Origin: Raillietiella orientalis
Lineage: Eukaryota
NCBI GenBank assembly: GCA_036172245.1
Contig: JAYWIR010000009.1
Location: 124,001 to 188,000, forward strand
DNA: 64,000 bases
Reading direction: 5' to 3'
Shown here: positions 62,278-64,000 of the stretch, piece after piece
Position numbering within the stretch: the first letter of the stretch is position 1
Layout: every line of letters starts with the position of its first letter
The notes under the pieces: model-generated
The model's input: the letters and a program-made list of their open reading frames with translations, nothing else
The model's database searches: none
Told to the model about the DNA's origin: nothing
Translations under genes and position numbers: made by a program

Positions 62278-63662
62278 ATGAATGAAACTGCTAGTATGTT
62301 TGTTGCAACCTATTCAACAGTCATCATTGTTAAATTTACTAGAAAATTCCCCTATTCAGACAGAGCAGCAGAAGCATATTACAGAAGAACAATCCCTTCA
62401 ACAAACTACATCAACAGGTTGCTGAGTTTTTTTAAACCAATACACCTTGAATAACTGTGATTTGCAATAAAGTATACAACCGGCAGCTCTTGGAACAAAG
62501 ATACGAGAATTTGGTGCAGTTAAAAGGGCAGCTGAATTCTCAGGTGATGCAGCTGCAAATGGAAATCTATCAGTTGATTAGGAAAAAAGTACATTGGAAA
62601 CTCAAGGGAAATAAGATAAGGATTGCATCTTTTTAGGGAGAAGAACTAAGGGAGAAATCAACAGATTCAGAACAGACATACATGAACTACTTGGAGCAAC
62701 TTTCTCAACTTTATTTGCAATATGATCATGAGAAGCAATCATTTCAGGAGTCCATCATGCAAGTGGAAGACCAGTGTGCTCATCTGAAGCTGGATGTTGA
62801 ACAGGAACTGGGTCAGTTGCTTAGCCAGCAGGAGAATGTAATTTTAAAGTGTCGATATGCACATAATAGTCAGTTGACACCAGCTGAGGTACTGAGCTGC
62901 TGTAATCTGTATGGTGTGTTTTGCCCTAGATGTTTGCTCTCTATAGTAATCGACTGCAGCAACGCTTGGCAGATTTGTATTCTAATCGCCTCAGGTATTT
63001 CCAAGTGCAATATCAAATCAGTCAGTTGAATCAAGACTTGCAGAAGCTAGACTGCATTCAGAAGGGATTTACGCTAGGGAATTACGAGCACCTGAAGGTG
63101 TGTTTATAAGTAGGTCTACCTTCAGTACAAGTTTTGTAGACAGAGAATGTGCTGCTTCTTCGGAAATTGGAATGCAGCAATGAGGAACTTTTGCATCTCC
63201 AACAGAAAATCTATAGCAATGCACAGATGATTACGCACATCAAGGAGAAAACCAGCCATCTGAGCATAGAGCAGGAAGCAAGCAGGCAGCTTGATATGAA
63301 GCTGCAGCAAGACGTTGCAAGGGTAGTACGAGTGTAATGGCTGTGGTTCCTAGAAAATCGTATTCAAGGAGCGGAAAAGTACTAATCAAGTCAAACTGCT
63401 ACATGGCAAATTACGTCAAGAAAGAACAAAACTTGTCCAGAAATTAGGTTTACTCATGTATCCAGATCTCCTTAGAGATTTCGACATGCAAGTGGTAATG
63501 TGCTGATGGTACCTGCTCTGCCTTATTATTTCTTAGGAAAATTACAAAATGTGCAAGCAAGATGTGTGTCATTTACAAACTAAATATGAAAGTCTCCAGA
63601 ATGCCCTAAAAAGCTTGAGAAGGAGCATTGCTGAGAAAATGTCAAATCCTGCAACTATGTAG
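62278..63662 (+). CDS. CCDC96: Coiled-coil domain-containing protein 96 / CFAP184 (DUF4201)
   Basis: Spliced product includes YQLIRKK|GEE...EQTYMNYL, GFTLGNYEHLK|TENV.L.RKLECSNEELLHLQQK...QMITHIKEK (cf. DFEQLKIENQ...KIEERNEELLKLR...Q..THVKEK) and GLLMYPDLLRDFD. Introns are mostly 41-55 bp. The start ATG at 62278 is inferred (in-frame stop at 62224). Confidence 0.8.
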
Positions 63663-64000
63663 CGTCTTTCACGGGCATCTTTCTCTTGTGGCCTGTGAAG
63701 AATGATGCCAGTAGTAATGATCAGCATATCCAGATTTATTAAGTAGAAATTGTTTTTTTCTTGGCAAATAGTCTGTATTCTGAAGTTGCTCTTTTTCATG
63801 TGGAGGGTGCTTCATATGCTGATGCATAAAAATTGTCACGTTTAGATGTTCAGAACAAAAAAGGAATAAAATTGTAATCGTTTGTTGTTGAATATGTTTT
63901 TGTTTTTTTTCCTTCCTATCCATAAAGGCCTTTCATGGCAGTGCAAAAAGTGCTATTGTATGCCGCATTTGTTCGGAATATATAATTTTTTTTTTAAAAA

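Overview
Eukaryotic, intron-containing animal DNA. It is most likely arthropod, judging from a CG4998/CLIPA-type serine protease homologue and an arthropod-style IDH N-terminus. Most ORFs in the supplied track are spurious GC-rich frames, so I reassembled the genes by hand from GT/GC-AG splice sites. Protein-coding genes: a divergent POC1-like WD40 gene (+); a clip-domain serine protease homologue with YGPPKP repeats (-); NADP-isocitrate dehydrogenase (-, probable GC-AG intron); SNX29 (+, about 19 kb, TE-filled introns); MGRN1/RNF157 (-); and a very tight co-oriented POP7-TMEM203-CCDC96 cluster (+; POP7 stop only 28 nt from the TMEM203 ATG). Other content: a probable PP2C/PP2D1-like pseudogene; a mitochondrial 16S rRNA fragment (NUMT); decayed Penelope-like retroelement remnants with broken hammerhead-like motifs; a perfect 26-bp hairpin; and at least six fragments of an unclassified modular dispersed repeat (double B-box-like head, conserved hairpins, CTCF-like palindrome, ~40-bp GC-rich tandem array). 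Base composition switches sharply from GC-rich to AT-rich near 32.1 kb, inside the IDH gene. All family assignments come from recalled motifs, not database searches.
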